The position numbers and the translations under genes are program-made. This document shows positions 9,089-17,789 of a DNA stretch of 64,000 bases, piece by piece; positions within the stretch are counted from its first letter, which is position 1; each line of letters begins with the position of its first letter. The DNA comes from Elusimicrobia bacterium GWB2_63_22 (GTDB lineage Bacteria > Elusimicrobiota > Elusimicrobia > Elusimicrobiales > UBA9959). The stretch spans positions 7,572 through 71,571 of the forward strand of contig MGUA01000020.1 of the NCBI GenBank assembly GCA_001799735.1. Direction: 5' to 3'. The notes beneath the pieces were generated by a model. The model had not been told where the DNA came from. It made no database searches and saw nothing but the letters and a program-made list of their open reading frames with translations.

Positions 9089-9540
9089 AACGCGTAAGGA
9101 ACGCTCCCTCCCTGCTCTGGGCGGCGCTGGCCACCCCGGCGGTATTCCTGTCCCTCGCCGGCAGCGACGCCTTCAGCCGCACCCTCGCGGAGAAATCCGG
9201 GCTGAAGATCTCTCCCCGGTTCACCGGCGGGGAAATAGTCGCCGAGACCAGGCACGGCGGGTACAAGACGCTGCTGCACCGGCCGGTCTTCGACGGCATC
9301 GCCGGCGAGCGGGAGACAGGCTTCATCCAGGTGGACTGGCGGCCGCTGCCGGCCCTGCCCCCGGAGCTGAGCGAGGAGATCCCGCTGCCCGGAGGAGGCA
9401 GTTTCCGGCTGAACGTGGAGACGGCCACCGGGCGGGTCTCCTGCGAAGGCGGCGGCGGCCGGGTACTCTGCGACCCCGGCACGGCGCGCGCGAAGAACGC
9501 CCTCACCGTGCGGGTCAAGCTTTACCGGCGCCGCGGCTGA
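9085..9540 (+). CDS. Hypothetical exported protein; start codon unresolved
   Basis: In frame with ORF-track entry 8914..9540, whose first ~57 codons overlap the polyferredoxin gene in another frame. A signal-like LLWAALATPAVFLSLAG begins just after the upstream stop. GGGAGG (~9074..9079) precedes a CTG at 9085, and I saw no in-frame ATG or GTG in the first ~55 codons after it. Confidence 0.3.
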   Translation: MKRVRNAPSLLWAALATPAVFLSLAGSDAFSRTLAEKSGLKISPRFTGGEIVAETRHGGYKTLLHRPVFDGIAGERETGFIQVDWRPLPALPPELSEEIPLPGGGSFRLNVETATGRVSCEGGGGRVLCDPGTARAKNALTVRVKLYRRRG

Positions 9541-9551
9541 ACCCCGCCGGC

Positions 9552-11219
9552 TCAGCGCCCCAGCGCGGGAATTATTTTATCGTTGGAGATCCTGAACAGG
9601 CCGCCGGCCCCGGCGGCGTAGAGATATTTTTTGGTCGCCGACAAGCCCTCGATGCGGGGCGTCACGTAGAAAGACCCCAGCCTTTTAGAAGAAGAGACCT
9701 CGTAGACCACCACGTCGCCGCCGAGATAGGACCCCGCGTAAAGAAATTTTCCGTCGGCGGAGAACTCCAGCTTCCTCACATGGAAGGGCGCGTCGATCTT
9801 GCCGATGATCTTCAGACTCTCCGCATCCAGCATGTAGATATCCTGCGTGAAGACCGAAGGGGCGTAGAGCCTGCGGCCGTCAGGCGACAGCGCCAGGTCC
9901 ATGAAGGCCCTGGAGGGATCGGAAGCGCCGGTCAGCTGCAGGGTATTTTCGTCGAACTCCAGGATGCGCCGGCCCGGCTGCGCGCCGATCCAGTGCATGA
10001 ACCACATCAGCCGCCAGAAACCCGGCCTGGCCGCGGGGTCCTGGCCGTAGAGCGAGACCAGGAGCGTGCGCCGGCGCGGGTTGCGCTTGACCTGGAAGAC
10101 CACGGCGCCGTTGCCGATCAGGCCGGCCTCGTGCAGCGACAGCGATTTGAGCAGCTTGCCCGAGCCGTCCAGGGCGAACAGCGCCGGGTTCAGGTTATTG
10201 ACCGCGTACACCCTGCCGCAGGCGTTATGCACGGCGAAGAGTTCCTCCACCGGCCACCCGCCGACCGAGGCCGGCAGCGGCAAGCGCTTGAGCGAATCGG
10301 CGCCGGGCACGTATTCCAGCAGGTACGGCGCGTGCCAGGGCGCGAAGTAAAGCCGCCCGGGGCATTCCGAAGAGAACCGCCGCACCTGGGACCCCTCGTA
10401 AAAAGCCCTGAACTCCGGGCGGAGCAGGTCTACCCAGGCGAAGCTCGGCCTGGGCGCCGCGTCGCGCCCGAAGGTGGCCCCAAAGGAGAGCGCGGCCCAG
10501 GAATCGTCGGGCGCCGCGTAGACCTCGTGGGGGTGCAGCGTCCCCGCGGGCCAGGGCTCGCCTTCGGCCCCGGCGTAACCCTCGGCCGGGAAAACCTTCT
10601 CCAGGCCCGCCGGCCGGGAGCGCAGCTCGCGCAGGGGCCCGCCGGGGTGGAAGTAAAGCAGGGCGAACAGCGCCGCGGCGCAGGCGGCGGGCAGCAGCAG
10701 CGTTACGGTAAGGCGGAAGGCGGAACGGCGATAGACGAGGGCCCAGTAGGCCGCGCCTATCAGGGCCAGCAGCGCCGCGGCCGGCAGCGGGTTGGCGTAC
10801 AGCAGGATCCAGCCCACAAAATGCCAGAGCCCCACCAGCGGCGCGAAGATGTCGGGGCGGCCGTGGGCGGTTATGGGGAAAAGGAAGAAGAGCACCGAGA
10901 GCAGGAGCAGCACCAGCATCCTGCCCGCCATTGGCAGCCAGACCAGGGGCCCGGGGCCCAGGCGTTTCGCCTCCAGCAGCCTGGTCGCCGCGTATTCTAA
11001 AACCAGCAGCGGCAAGGCGGCCGCGGCCGCGGTCCAAGCCGGCAGCGGCAGCAGGTACAGGAGATAACTGTGCGCGGAACGTATATAATATAACTGAGCG
11101 AAAGTTGCCGCGGCCGGGGCCAGCAGGTAAAAAACGGCCGCCCGGGACCCCGCCGGGAGCGGGGCTTTCTCTAAAATTTTAAAAAAATACTTTTTGATGT
11201 CAGAACTCGCCATTATCAT
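9552..11219 (-). CDS. Polytopic membrane protein with C-terminal beta-propeller (YVTN/YncE-like repeats)
   Basis: 555 aa. The N-terminal ~200 aa are very hydrophobic (several TM helices). The C-terminal part has repeated ...DG..LY....... blades (DGRRLYAPS, DGKFLYAGSY, KKYLYAAGAG). The first ~20 codons are AT-rich and overlap the divergent GT2 start, so the true start is uncertain. Confidence 0.6.
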   Translation of the reverse strand: MIMASSDIKKYFFKILEKAPLPAGSRAAVFYLLAPAAATFAQLYYIRSAHSYLLYLLPLPAWTAAAAALPLLVLEYAATRLLEAKRLGPGPLVWLPMAGRMLVLLLLSVLFFLFPITAHGRPDIFAPLVGLWHFVGWILLYANPLPAAALLALIGAAYWALVYRRSAFRLTVTLLLPAACAAALFALLYFHPGGPLRELRSRPAGLEKVFPAEGYAGAEGEPWPAGTLHPHEVYAAPDDSWAALSFGATFGRDAAPRPSFAWVDLLRPEFRAFYEGSQVRRFSSECPGRLYFAPWHAPYLLEYVPGADSLKRLPLPASVGGWPVEELFAVHNACGRVYAVNNLNPALFALDGSGKLLKSLSLHEAGLIGNGAVVFQVKRNPRRRTLLVSLYGQDPAARPGFWRLMWFMHWIGAQPGRRILEFDENTLQLTGASDPSRAFMDLALSPDGRRLYAPSVFTQDIYMLDAESLKIIGKIDAPFHVRKLEFSADGKFLYAGSYLGGDVVVYEVSSSKRLGSFYVTPRIEGLSATKKYLYAAGAGGLFRISNDKIIPALGR

Positions 11220-11928
11220 CCCCGCCTACAACTCGGCAAAAAGCGTAGAGCCTACCCTGGAACGCCTGGCCGCCGTGCTGCCGCGCCTGCCGCGCGCGGC
11301 CGTGCTGCTGGTGGACGACGGCAGTTCAGACGGCACCGCCGCGGCGGCCGCGGCCGCCGGGCAGAGGCTGGGCCTGGACCTGCGCGTGCTGCCCCACCTG
11401 GCCAACCGCGGCTACGGCGCCGCGCAGAAAACCGGCCTGAAGGCCGCGCTGGAGTCCGGCTGCCGGGCGGCGGTCCTGCTGCATGCCGACGGGCAGTACG
11501 CCCCCGAAGAGCTGCCGGCCATAACGGCGCCTGTTTTCTCCGGCGCCGCGGACGTCTGCGTGGGCTCCCGGCTGCTGTCCGGCCAGGCCAGGCAACAGGG
11601 CATGCCGTTCGCGCGCTACTGGGCCAACCGCGGGCTCACCGCCCTGGAGAACCTGGTGTTCGGCCTGGATTTCGCCGAGTACCACACCGGCTACCTGGCC
11701 TACTCGGCCGGGGCGCTGCGCGCCATCCGGTTCGACACCCTGACCGATAAATTCCATTTCGACGGGGAGATGCTGCTCTGCTCCGGCAAGCTCGGCCTGC
11801 GCGTGGCCCAGGTGCCCGTCTCCGCCTATTACGGCCCCGGCTCTTCCAGCCTGGCCCCCCTGCCTTATCTCGCCGAGATCGCCGGCGTGCTGTTTAAATA
11901 CCTGCGCCGCGGCTATTTCTTTCAGTGA
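11194..11928 (+). CDS. Family 2 glycosyltransferase (Dpm1/polyprenol-phosphate sugar synthase-like)
   Basis: 244 aa with LAIIIPAYNS, VDDGSSDGT, NRGYGAA and HADGQY. This is the typical GT2 (GT-A fold) N-terminal motif set. Confidence 0.8.
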   Translation: MMSELAIIIPAYNSAKSVEPTLERLAAVLPRLPRAAVLLVDDGSSDGTAAAAAAAGQRLGLDLRVLPHLANRGYGAAQKTGLKAALESGCRAAVLLHADGQYAPEELPAITAPVFSGAADVCVGSRLLSGQARQQGMPFARYWANRGLTALENLVFGLDFAEYHTGYLAYSAGALRAIRFDTLTDKFHFDGEMLLCSGKLGLRVAQVPVSAYYGPGSSSLAPLPYLAEIAGVLFKYLRRGYFFQ

Positions 11929-13391
11929 GCCGTCGCGCGAAAAAAATTCTTCAGCAGGCCGTAGCCCCAGCGCTCGGGCAGCGGCTTTAAAAAACCCGTC
12001 CTGAGCCTGAACCAGGCCAGCGGCCTGTACAGATAGTACAGCGCCCTGAGCGCGGCCGAACCGGCGCCATAGTCGTCCATCTTGCGGTCGAGGAACTTGC
12101 TGACAAAGCAGGCGCGCTCCAGGAAATCCTTCATCGAGGGGTCCCCCTCGTGCATGTGCGAATAGTCCCACTCGTAGCGGCCCCAGTCCTCCAGCCTGCC
12201 CGGAAAAGCGACGCCCTTCCTCTCCAGCCCGGCGTAGATCTCGGTGCCCGGGTAGGGCGCGAAGATATAGAACTGAGGGATGCGGAAATTGTCGCCCAGT
12301 TTAAGGATCTCCATCCCGAAGCGCATGGTCTCGCGGATCTCCGTCAAAGTCTCTCCGGGCAGCCCGACGATAAAGGAGCAGAGCACCGCTATGCTGCGGC
12401 CCTTGAACCGCGCCACCTGCGCGCGCGCGAGCTCCAGGCTGCCGGACTTGTTGAGGATCTCGCGGCGCACGCGGTCTACCCCGGACTCCACGCCGATGGC
12501 CAGCCGCACCACGCCGGCCTCCTCCAGAAAGTCCAGGTCCGCGTCGCTCAGCCTGGCCAGCGTCTCTATGTCCACGCCCTGCAGCACGCAGCCCAGGCCC
12601 AGCGCCTTCAGGCCTTTCAGGATCGTCATCGCGCGGCCCTGGTCTATGAAAAAATTATCGTCGAGCAGGTAGACCAGGGAGAAATCGTACTTCTCCCGGA
12701 GCTCTTTTATTTCCCTGAGAACCAGGTCCGCGTGTTTGGCGCGCAGGCGGCCTCGGCTGAAGGCGCGGTTGTAGCAGTAGGCGCAGCGGCAGGGGCAGCC
12801 GCGGCTGGACTGGTAGAAGAACATGCGCCGCCCGTTATAGGTCTGGGCGTAGCGCTCCATGTCCACCAGGTGGTAGGGCACGGGCGGCAGGGCGTTGACG
12901 TCGAGGAGTTCCTGGGGGGCGGGGGCCGAGGGCCGGCCGTCGCGTTTGAACCACACCCCGGGGATGCCGGCAGTGTCGGCGCCGGAGGCCAGGCGGCGGG
13001 CGAGTTCCGCCAGCGCGTTCTCCCCTTCGCCTTCTACCACGTAATCGGCGAGCTCGTGGGCCGCCGCCTGCTCCGGCAGCAGCGAAGCGTGTATGCCGCC
13101 CCAGACCAGCGGCGCGGCGGTAAGCCGGCGCGCCTCGCGGGCGGCCTCGAGGGCGCGGGTGATCATCTGGCCGGTCATGGCCGTAAAACAGACCGCCGCC
13201 GTATCGGCGTCTATCGCCGCGGCCAGCGCCGCCCGCCAGTCACCCGGGAGGCGCTGGTCGACCACTCTCACTTCAAACTCGCGGCAGGCCACGGACGCGG
13301 CGGCTAGCAGCCCCAGCGGCGGCGTGGGCTTGTCGCGGAACATGTCCATATCGCCGATGCCCGGCTGGACCAGGACCAGGTTCTTTTTCAT
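11922..13391 (-). CDS. B12-binding domain radical SAM protein (class B type)
   Basis: 489 aa. N-terminal Rossmann-like cobalamin-binding region (KNLVLVQP...PPLGLL...), then SSRGCPCRCAYC. ATGA overlap with the upstream gene (13388..13391). Confidence 0.85.
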   Translation of the reverse strand: MKKNLVLVQPGIGDMDMFRDKPTPPLGLLAAASVACREFEVRVVDQRLPGDWRAALAAAIDADTAAVCFTAMTGQMITRALEAAREARRLTAAPLVWGGIHASLLPEQAAAHELADYVVEGEGENALAELARRLASGADTAGIPGVWFKRDGRPSAPAPQELLDVNALPPVPYHLVDMERYAQTYNGRRMFFYQSSRGCPCRCAYCYNRAFSRGRLRAKHADLVLREIKELREKYDFSLVYLLDDNFFIDQGRAMTILKGLKALGLGCVLQGVDIETLARLSDADLDFLEEAGVVRLAIGVESGVDRVRREILNKSGSLELARAQVARFKGRSIAVLCSFIVGLPGETLTEIRETMRFGMEILKLGDNFRIPQFYIFAPYPGTEIYAGLERKGVAFPGRLEDWGRYEWDYSHMHEGDPSMKDFLERACFVSKFLDRKMDDYGAGSAALRALYYLYRPLAWFRLRTGFLKPLPERWGYGLLKNFFRATAH

Positions 13392-14332
13392 ACCGGGCCG
13401 CCGGCGGGCACAATAAGGTCCGCCAGGACCAGCGCACCGGAGAGCTCCGCGCCGGCCGCCACCCGCCCGCCGGGGAAGACTACGGAATCTTTGATCCTGG
13501 CGCCGGCCCCGACAAAGGCGCCGCGCGCCGCTACTGAATTTTCAAGTTCCGCCCCCGGGCCAACCTCGGCGCCGGGGTGCGCGAACCCCCGCAGGCCGCG
13601 CTCAGCCAGCCAGGCGGCGTTGGCCTTCACGATATCCGCGGGATAGGTGATGTTTACGTCCAGCGAGAGCGTCTCCATGGCGGTGACCAGGCCGCCGGCC
13701 GAGATGAGGTTCTGTATCGCGTCGGTCAGTTCTATCTCGCCGCGCAGGGAGGAGGGGCGCGTGTACGCGAGGGCCGGCAGGAAGAGCGGGCCGAAAAAGT
13801 AGACGCCGCAGGGTTTGACCAGGCTGAGCGCCCGGGCCGGCTTCTCTATGATCTTAAGCACGCGCCCCGTCTCGTCCTGGGCTATAGTGCACTCCTTCAG
13901 GATGGCCGCTTCGTCCTCGACGCTGCGCACGGAGAGCACGGCGTCCGAACGCCCCTCGGCCACGGTCTTTACGGCGCCGGAAAAACGCGGCGCCGAATAG
14001 TAGGTGTCGCCCAGCACCAGCGCGAAGGGCCCCCCGGCCAGCCACGGCGCGGCCAGGGAGGCGGCGTGGCCGATGCCGAGGCGCTCGGCCTGCGGCGCGA
14101 TAAAAAGTTCGGAGCCGGTGCCGGCCAGCGCGGCGCGCGCGGCGGCCTCTATGGAGCTGCCGGCGGGGTCCGTGACTATGACGAACCGGCGGCTGCCGGC
14201 GGCCAGGAAGGCTTTAAGGTGCATCTCCAGCAGCGTGGAGTCGCCGACCGGCAGCAGGGCCTTCGGGAAGCGCCTGCCTACCTCGCCCAGGCGCTTGCCG
14301 CTGCCGGCGGTAAGTATGACGACGGGGATCAT
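13388..14332 (-). CDS. Sugar-1-phosphate nucleotidyltransferase with C-terminal left-handed beta-helix
   Basis: ORF-track entry 13388..14626, trimmed to Met99 (MIPVVILTAGSGKRLG, the canonical G-x-G-x-R-L NTP-transferase signature). That ATG forms an ATGA overlap with the upstream stop (14329..14332). The C-terminus has hexapeptide-like repeats. Confidence 0.8.
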   Translation of the reverse strand: MIPVVILTAGSGKRLGEVGRRFPKALLPVGDSTLLEMHLKAFLAAGSRRFVIVTDPAGSSIEAAARAALAGTGSELFIAPQAERLGIGHAASLAAPWLAGGPFALVLGDTYYSAPRFSGAVKTVAEGRSDAVLSVRSVEDEAAILKECTIAQDETGRVLKIIEKPARALSLVKPCGVYFFGPLFLPALAYTRPSSLRGEIELTDAIQNLISAGGLVTAMETLSLDVNITYPADIVKANAAWLAERGLRGFAHPGAEVGPGAELENSVAARGAFVGAGARIKDSVVFPGGRVAAGAELSGALVLADLIVPAGGPV

Positions 14333-15669
14333 TTCAGGATCTTTCCGGCGGCGGCCAGGCCGGCCTCGATGCTGTGGTCCATGTTGTAGACGGCCCATTC
14401 GCCGAAGCGCCCGGCTGAAATTATCCCGGCCCGGGCCAGGGAGCGCAGGCAGGCGCCCGTGTCCTCGGCGTGGCGCGCGTGCGGCACCGGGTAGGCGGGG
14501 CAATGGTCGTAGGCCCAGACGCCCCTGATATCTTTCTTCTTTATTATTCCCAGCCGCAGCAGGGCCGCGGTGACGCGGGCCTGCAGGCCGGCCGGCGCGG
14601 CGGCGCTGCCGCCCGGCAGCGCGCACTCCACGATCAGGGCCTTGCCGCCGGGCACGGCGCGAGGGTTAAAAAGGTCGGCGCGGGTCAGGCGGTAGAACGG
14701 CAGCGCCGGGTCCGGCACGTAGATCCAGTGGTAGGGCGGCAGGTTCACGGCGGAGAGGGCGTAATGCAGGCACAGCACCCGCGTGGCGCGCAGGCGCGGC
14801 GCTGCCTGGCGGCAGTCCCTCAGGCCGGCCAGCGCGACGGCTTTATCCAGCGGCAGGGTGGAGATGAGCCGGCCGTAGCGCACGGGGCCGCGGGAGGTCA
14901 GCACGGTCTTGCGCCGGGCGTCTATGCCCGTCACCGCGGTGCCGCAGAGCGGCGAGACCGGAGCTATTTCGCCCAGCAGGCCCTCTATCACGCCCTCTAT
15001 GCCGCCGGTCTTCGGGTAAATAAACTCCGCGTGCGGCGCCACGTCGCCGCGGGAGGACGGCTTGCCGCCGAGGATGCTCTCGGCCAGGCCGGCCGGGCCG
15101 GGCAGGCGGATCTTGGAGGCGAGCCAGGCGTAACTCATGCCGGCCAGCGGGGTCTGCCACAGTTTCTCGTTGTAAGGCCGGAAAAAAAGGTCCGTTATCC
15201 CGGCGCCCAGTTCGCGCAGGGCGTACTCTTCCAGGTTGCGGGGGCCGGGGGCGGGGCCGCCGGACCGGTTCTCCAGCAGGCTCACCAGCACCCGGCGCCT
15301 GTCTTCGGGCGAAAGCTGGTGAATGTTGTCCTGAAAAGGAAAATCCACCCAGCCGCCCTTCCACATTACCCCCAGCCGGTGGCGGTGCGAGTAGACCGGG
15401 CCGGCGAGCGCCCTGAAGACGCCGGCGGCGCGCCGGTTCCTGGTAAAAAAAACGTGCGGCAGCTCGTCTATCGTCACCCCGCCGGAGCGGTTGGTCTTCA
15501 TGAGGCCGCCCGGCCTGGCGTCCCGCTCGAGCAGCAGTATATCCCGCCGGCCGGCCCGCAGCAGTTCGCGGGCGGCGACCAGGCCGGTAAGGCCGGCGCC
15601 AAGGATCACCACCCCGGCCTTTGCGGGCAGGGAGGCGGGGCGGGCGGCGGCTGCTTTCTTCTTCATCAT
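14329..15669 (-). CDS. FAD/NAD(P)-binding oxidoreductase (amine-oxidase / protoporphyrinogen-oxidase / UDP-galactopyranose-mutase-like fold)
   Basis: 446 aa. N-terminal dinucleotide-binding motif VVILGAGLTGLVAAREL...LLLERDARPGG. The C-terminus has the GRFGEW motif seen in this fold. Confidence 0.7.
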   Translation of the reverse strand: MMKKKAAAARPASLPAKAGVVILGAGLTGLVAARELLRAGRRDILLLERDARPGGLMKTNRSGGVTIDELPHVFFTRNRRAAGVFRALAGPVYSHRHRLGVMWKGGWVDFPFQDNIHQLSPEDRRRVLVSLLENRSGGPAPGPRNLEEYALRELGAGITDLFFRPYNEKLWQTPLAGMSYAWLASKIRLPGPAGLAESILGGKPSSRGDVAPHAEFIYPKTGGIEGVIEGLLGEIAPVSPLCGTAVTGIDARRKTVLTSRGPVRYGRLISTLPLDKAVALAGLRDCRQAAPRLRATRVLCLHYALSAVNLPPYHWIYVPDPALPFYRLTRADLFNPRAVPGGKALIVECALPGGSAAAPAGLQARVTAALLRLGIIKKKDIRGVWAYDHCPAYPVPHARHAEDTGACLRSLARAGIISAGRFGEWAVYNMDHSIEAGLAAAGKILK

Positions 15670-15692
15670 TTAAATATTATCAAATCTGGCGT

Positions 15693-17789
15693 TCAGGCCC
15701 TCTCGGCGCAGAAGACGCTCCATTTGCCGAGCGGCACCGTCCTGGTCAGGCGCCAGCCGGCCGACCGCAGGTCGTTCTCCAGGGTTTCCCGCGCGCACTC
15801 CATCCAACTCCCGGTCAGTTCCCAGCCGGGGCCGAATTCAGGATAGCCCAGGCCGCTGTCGATAATGAATAATTTAGCGCCAAAACCGGCCGAGCCCAGC
15901 AGGCGCCTGAGCAGGCCGACCCGCCCGGCCGCCGGCAGGGCGCCGAGCACCTGCGAAACCACGATATCCCGGAAATGGCCGCCTTTAAGGGCACCGGCCG
16001 CGGCCGCCGGCAGGGCGGGCCTGTCCGCGTAAAACCTGTCCCGGGCCGGCGGGGTCGGGAAAAAGCCGAATTTTTCTTCTACCAGCAGTTCCCGCGAAAA
16101 GTCGCAGCCGGAAAGCCGGGCCGGGTCGGAGGAGGCCGCCCCGCAGACGAGCAGCGAGGGGGAACGCAGCCGTTCGCCTGCTGCCAGGCGCAGCACCCTG
16201 TCGGCCGTGGCGCCGTCCACCCTCTCCCAGGCCAGGCGCGCCTCGCAGAACCCCGCGTAGCGCGCCGCGAAGGCCCGCCTCTCGCGGCCTCGCTCCAGCC
16301 CGGCCAACTCCCCTATCAGCCAGGCCCGGCGTTCCCTGAAAGTGTTCACGTCCAGCCCCGACCAGTCCCCGTCGTCCTGGAACGCGTCCGTCTCGGCCGC
16401 GGCCGCCGCCATGCCTTTGTCCGCCCGGGCCAGCCTGTTCACCCGGCGGCAGAGCGCCACCCCGGGAAACTCGCCGGCGTGGCCCCGCGCGATATGGCGG
16501 AACAGGAAGCCGAAATACTTATCCGCGAAGACGATGTTGGCGGCCAGCGACACTTCCCGGGCCAGCGCGCAGGCGCGCTTCAGCCCGGCCGCGCCGAGCG
16601 ACGGCACGCTGAGAACGTAATAGGGGTCCAGCTCCTGGAACTTAATGCCCAGCCGCGCGGCCGCCTTGCCCAGCGGCGTGCCCGGGTAGACGCGCAGGCG
16701 GTGGAAGAAGAGCCCGGCGTTGACCGAAAGGCCCCAGTCGAAGTTGGCCAGGCAGTTCTTATAGGTGTCGCCCGGCAGGCCTATGATGAAGCTGAGCACC
16801 ACCTTGGCCCGCGGGGCCGCGGCCGCGAGCAGGCCGGTCTTGCGCCGGAGCTCGCCGAAATCCATCCGCCTGTTGATCAGCCGGCAGGTCTCGGGGAAGA
16901 CGCTCTGCACGCCCACGCCGAGAATGAAGGCCCTGTCGTTGAGGAGCGGGATCCTCCGCTCGTCCAGGTTGCGGAGGTCCATCTGTATCTCCACGTTGAT
17001 CCCGCGCCGGGACACCTCCCCGCCCAGCAGCCGCAGCAGCTGCGGCATGGCGGAGTTCTGGCAGAGGTCGGGGTCTATAAGAAAAAGCGTGCGCAGCTCG
17101 GGAAAATCGCTCAGGATGCGGGCCAGTTCGGCCCTGGCCCGCCGGATGCCGAATTCACGGTAATTCCTGGTGATGGCGCAGTAGAGGCAGGACCCGCGGC
17201 AGCCGCGCGAGTTCTCGAAAGGGATGCGCGGGTAGCCCGCCCACTTGAAGAGGCCGCCCAGGTAGGGCGAGGGCACGGTTGAAAGGTCTTTGACGGACTC
17301 GCCGGGTGGATTGACGGCGACGCGCCCGCCTTCGGCGTAGGAAAGGCCCCTGACCCCGGCCAGGTCTCCCCGGCCCAGCAGCGCCCTGAGAACCGCCACG
17401 AAGGCCAGCTCCCCCTCCCCGGCTACGGCGTAGTCCACAGCGCCTCCGGAGAAGATCTCGCCGGCCGGCACCGAACCGGCCAGCGGGCCGCCGAAGATTA
17501 TTTTAGCGCCGCAAAGTTTTTTTACGCCCTGCGCCGCCTTCTTGGTCAGCGCCAGCCCGCCGTAGACAGTAAAGCCGGCCAGGTCCGGCTTCAGCGCCGC
17601 CACGCGCGCCGGAGCCTCCTCCGCGCCTACCCAGGGCTCCAGGATGGTTATCTCCACGCGCCCGCGCAGGAAAGGATCGCGCAGGGCGCAGGCCTTCAGC
17701 AGGCCCGCGGCCAGCGGCAGCAGCCCGTCCGCGTGCAGCGGCGGCACCAGCACCACCCTGTACTTGTCCCGGCGGGCGGCGGCCTTCAC
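15693..17789 (-). CDS. B12-binding radical SAM protein fused to a C-terminal methyltransferase-like domain
   Basis: 698 aa. N-terminal B12-binding-like region, then NSRGCRGSCLYC. The C-terminal ~180 aa (FRDIVVSQVLGALP...KLFIIDSG...) resemble the C-terminal half of a class I SAM methyltransferase fold; that assignment is weak. GTG start, with a GTGA overlap with the upstream stop. Confidence 0.75.
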   Translation of the reverse strand: MKAAARRDKYRVVLVPPLHADGLLPLAAGLLKACALRDPFLRGRVEITILEPWVGAEEAPARVAALKPDLAGFTVYGGLALTKKAAQGVKKLCGAKIIFGGPLAGSVPAGEIFSGGAVDYAVAGEGELAFVAVLRALLGRGDLAGVRGLSYAEGGRVAVNPPGESVKDLSTVPSPYLGGLFKWAGYPRIPFENSRGCRGSCLYCAITRNYREFGIRRARAELARILSDFPELRTLFLIDPDLCQNSAMPQLLRLLGGEVSRRGINVEIQMDLRNLDERRIPLLNDRAFILGVGVQSVFPETCRLINRRMDFGELRRKTGLLAAAAPRAKVVLSFIIGLPGDTYKNCLANFDWGLSVNAGLFFHRLRVYPGTPLGKAAARLGIKFQELDPYYVLSVPSLGAAGLKRACALAREVSLAANIVFADKYFGFLFRHIARGHAGEFPGVALCRRVNRLARADKGMAAAAAETDAFQDDGDWSGLDVNTFRERRAWLIGELAGLERGRERRAFAARYAGFCEARLAWERVDGATADRVLRLAAGERLRSPSLLVCGAASSDPARLSGCDFSRELLVEEKFGFFPTPPARDRFYADRPALPAAAAGALKGGHFRDIVVSQVLGALPAAGRVGLLRRLLGSAGFGAKLFIIDSGLGYPEFGPGWELTGSWMECARETLENDLRSAGWRLTRTVPLGKWSVFCAERA

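Noticed and set aside
9780-11000. 406-aa plus-strand ORF and 270-aa minus-strand ORF (10225..11037) overlapping the membrane/propeller gene
   Set aside because: Arg/Gly/Pro/Ala-rich translations without structure. The 9552..11219 frame gives coherent TM helices and propeller repeats.
14333-14626. 98-codon N-terminal extension of ORF 13388..14626
   Set aside because: The extension overlaps the 3' end of the FAD oxidoreductase gene and is Arg/Pro/Gly-rich. The internal ATG at 14332 gives the canonical MIPVVILTAGSGKRLG N-terminus and an ATGA junction.
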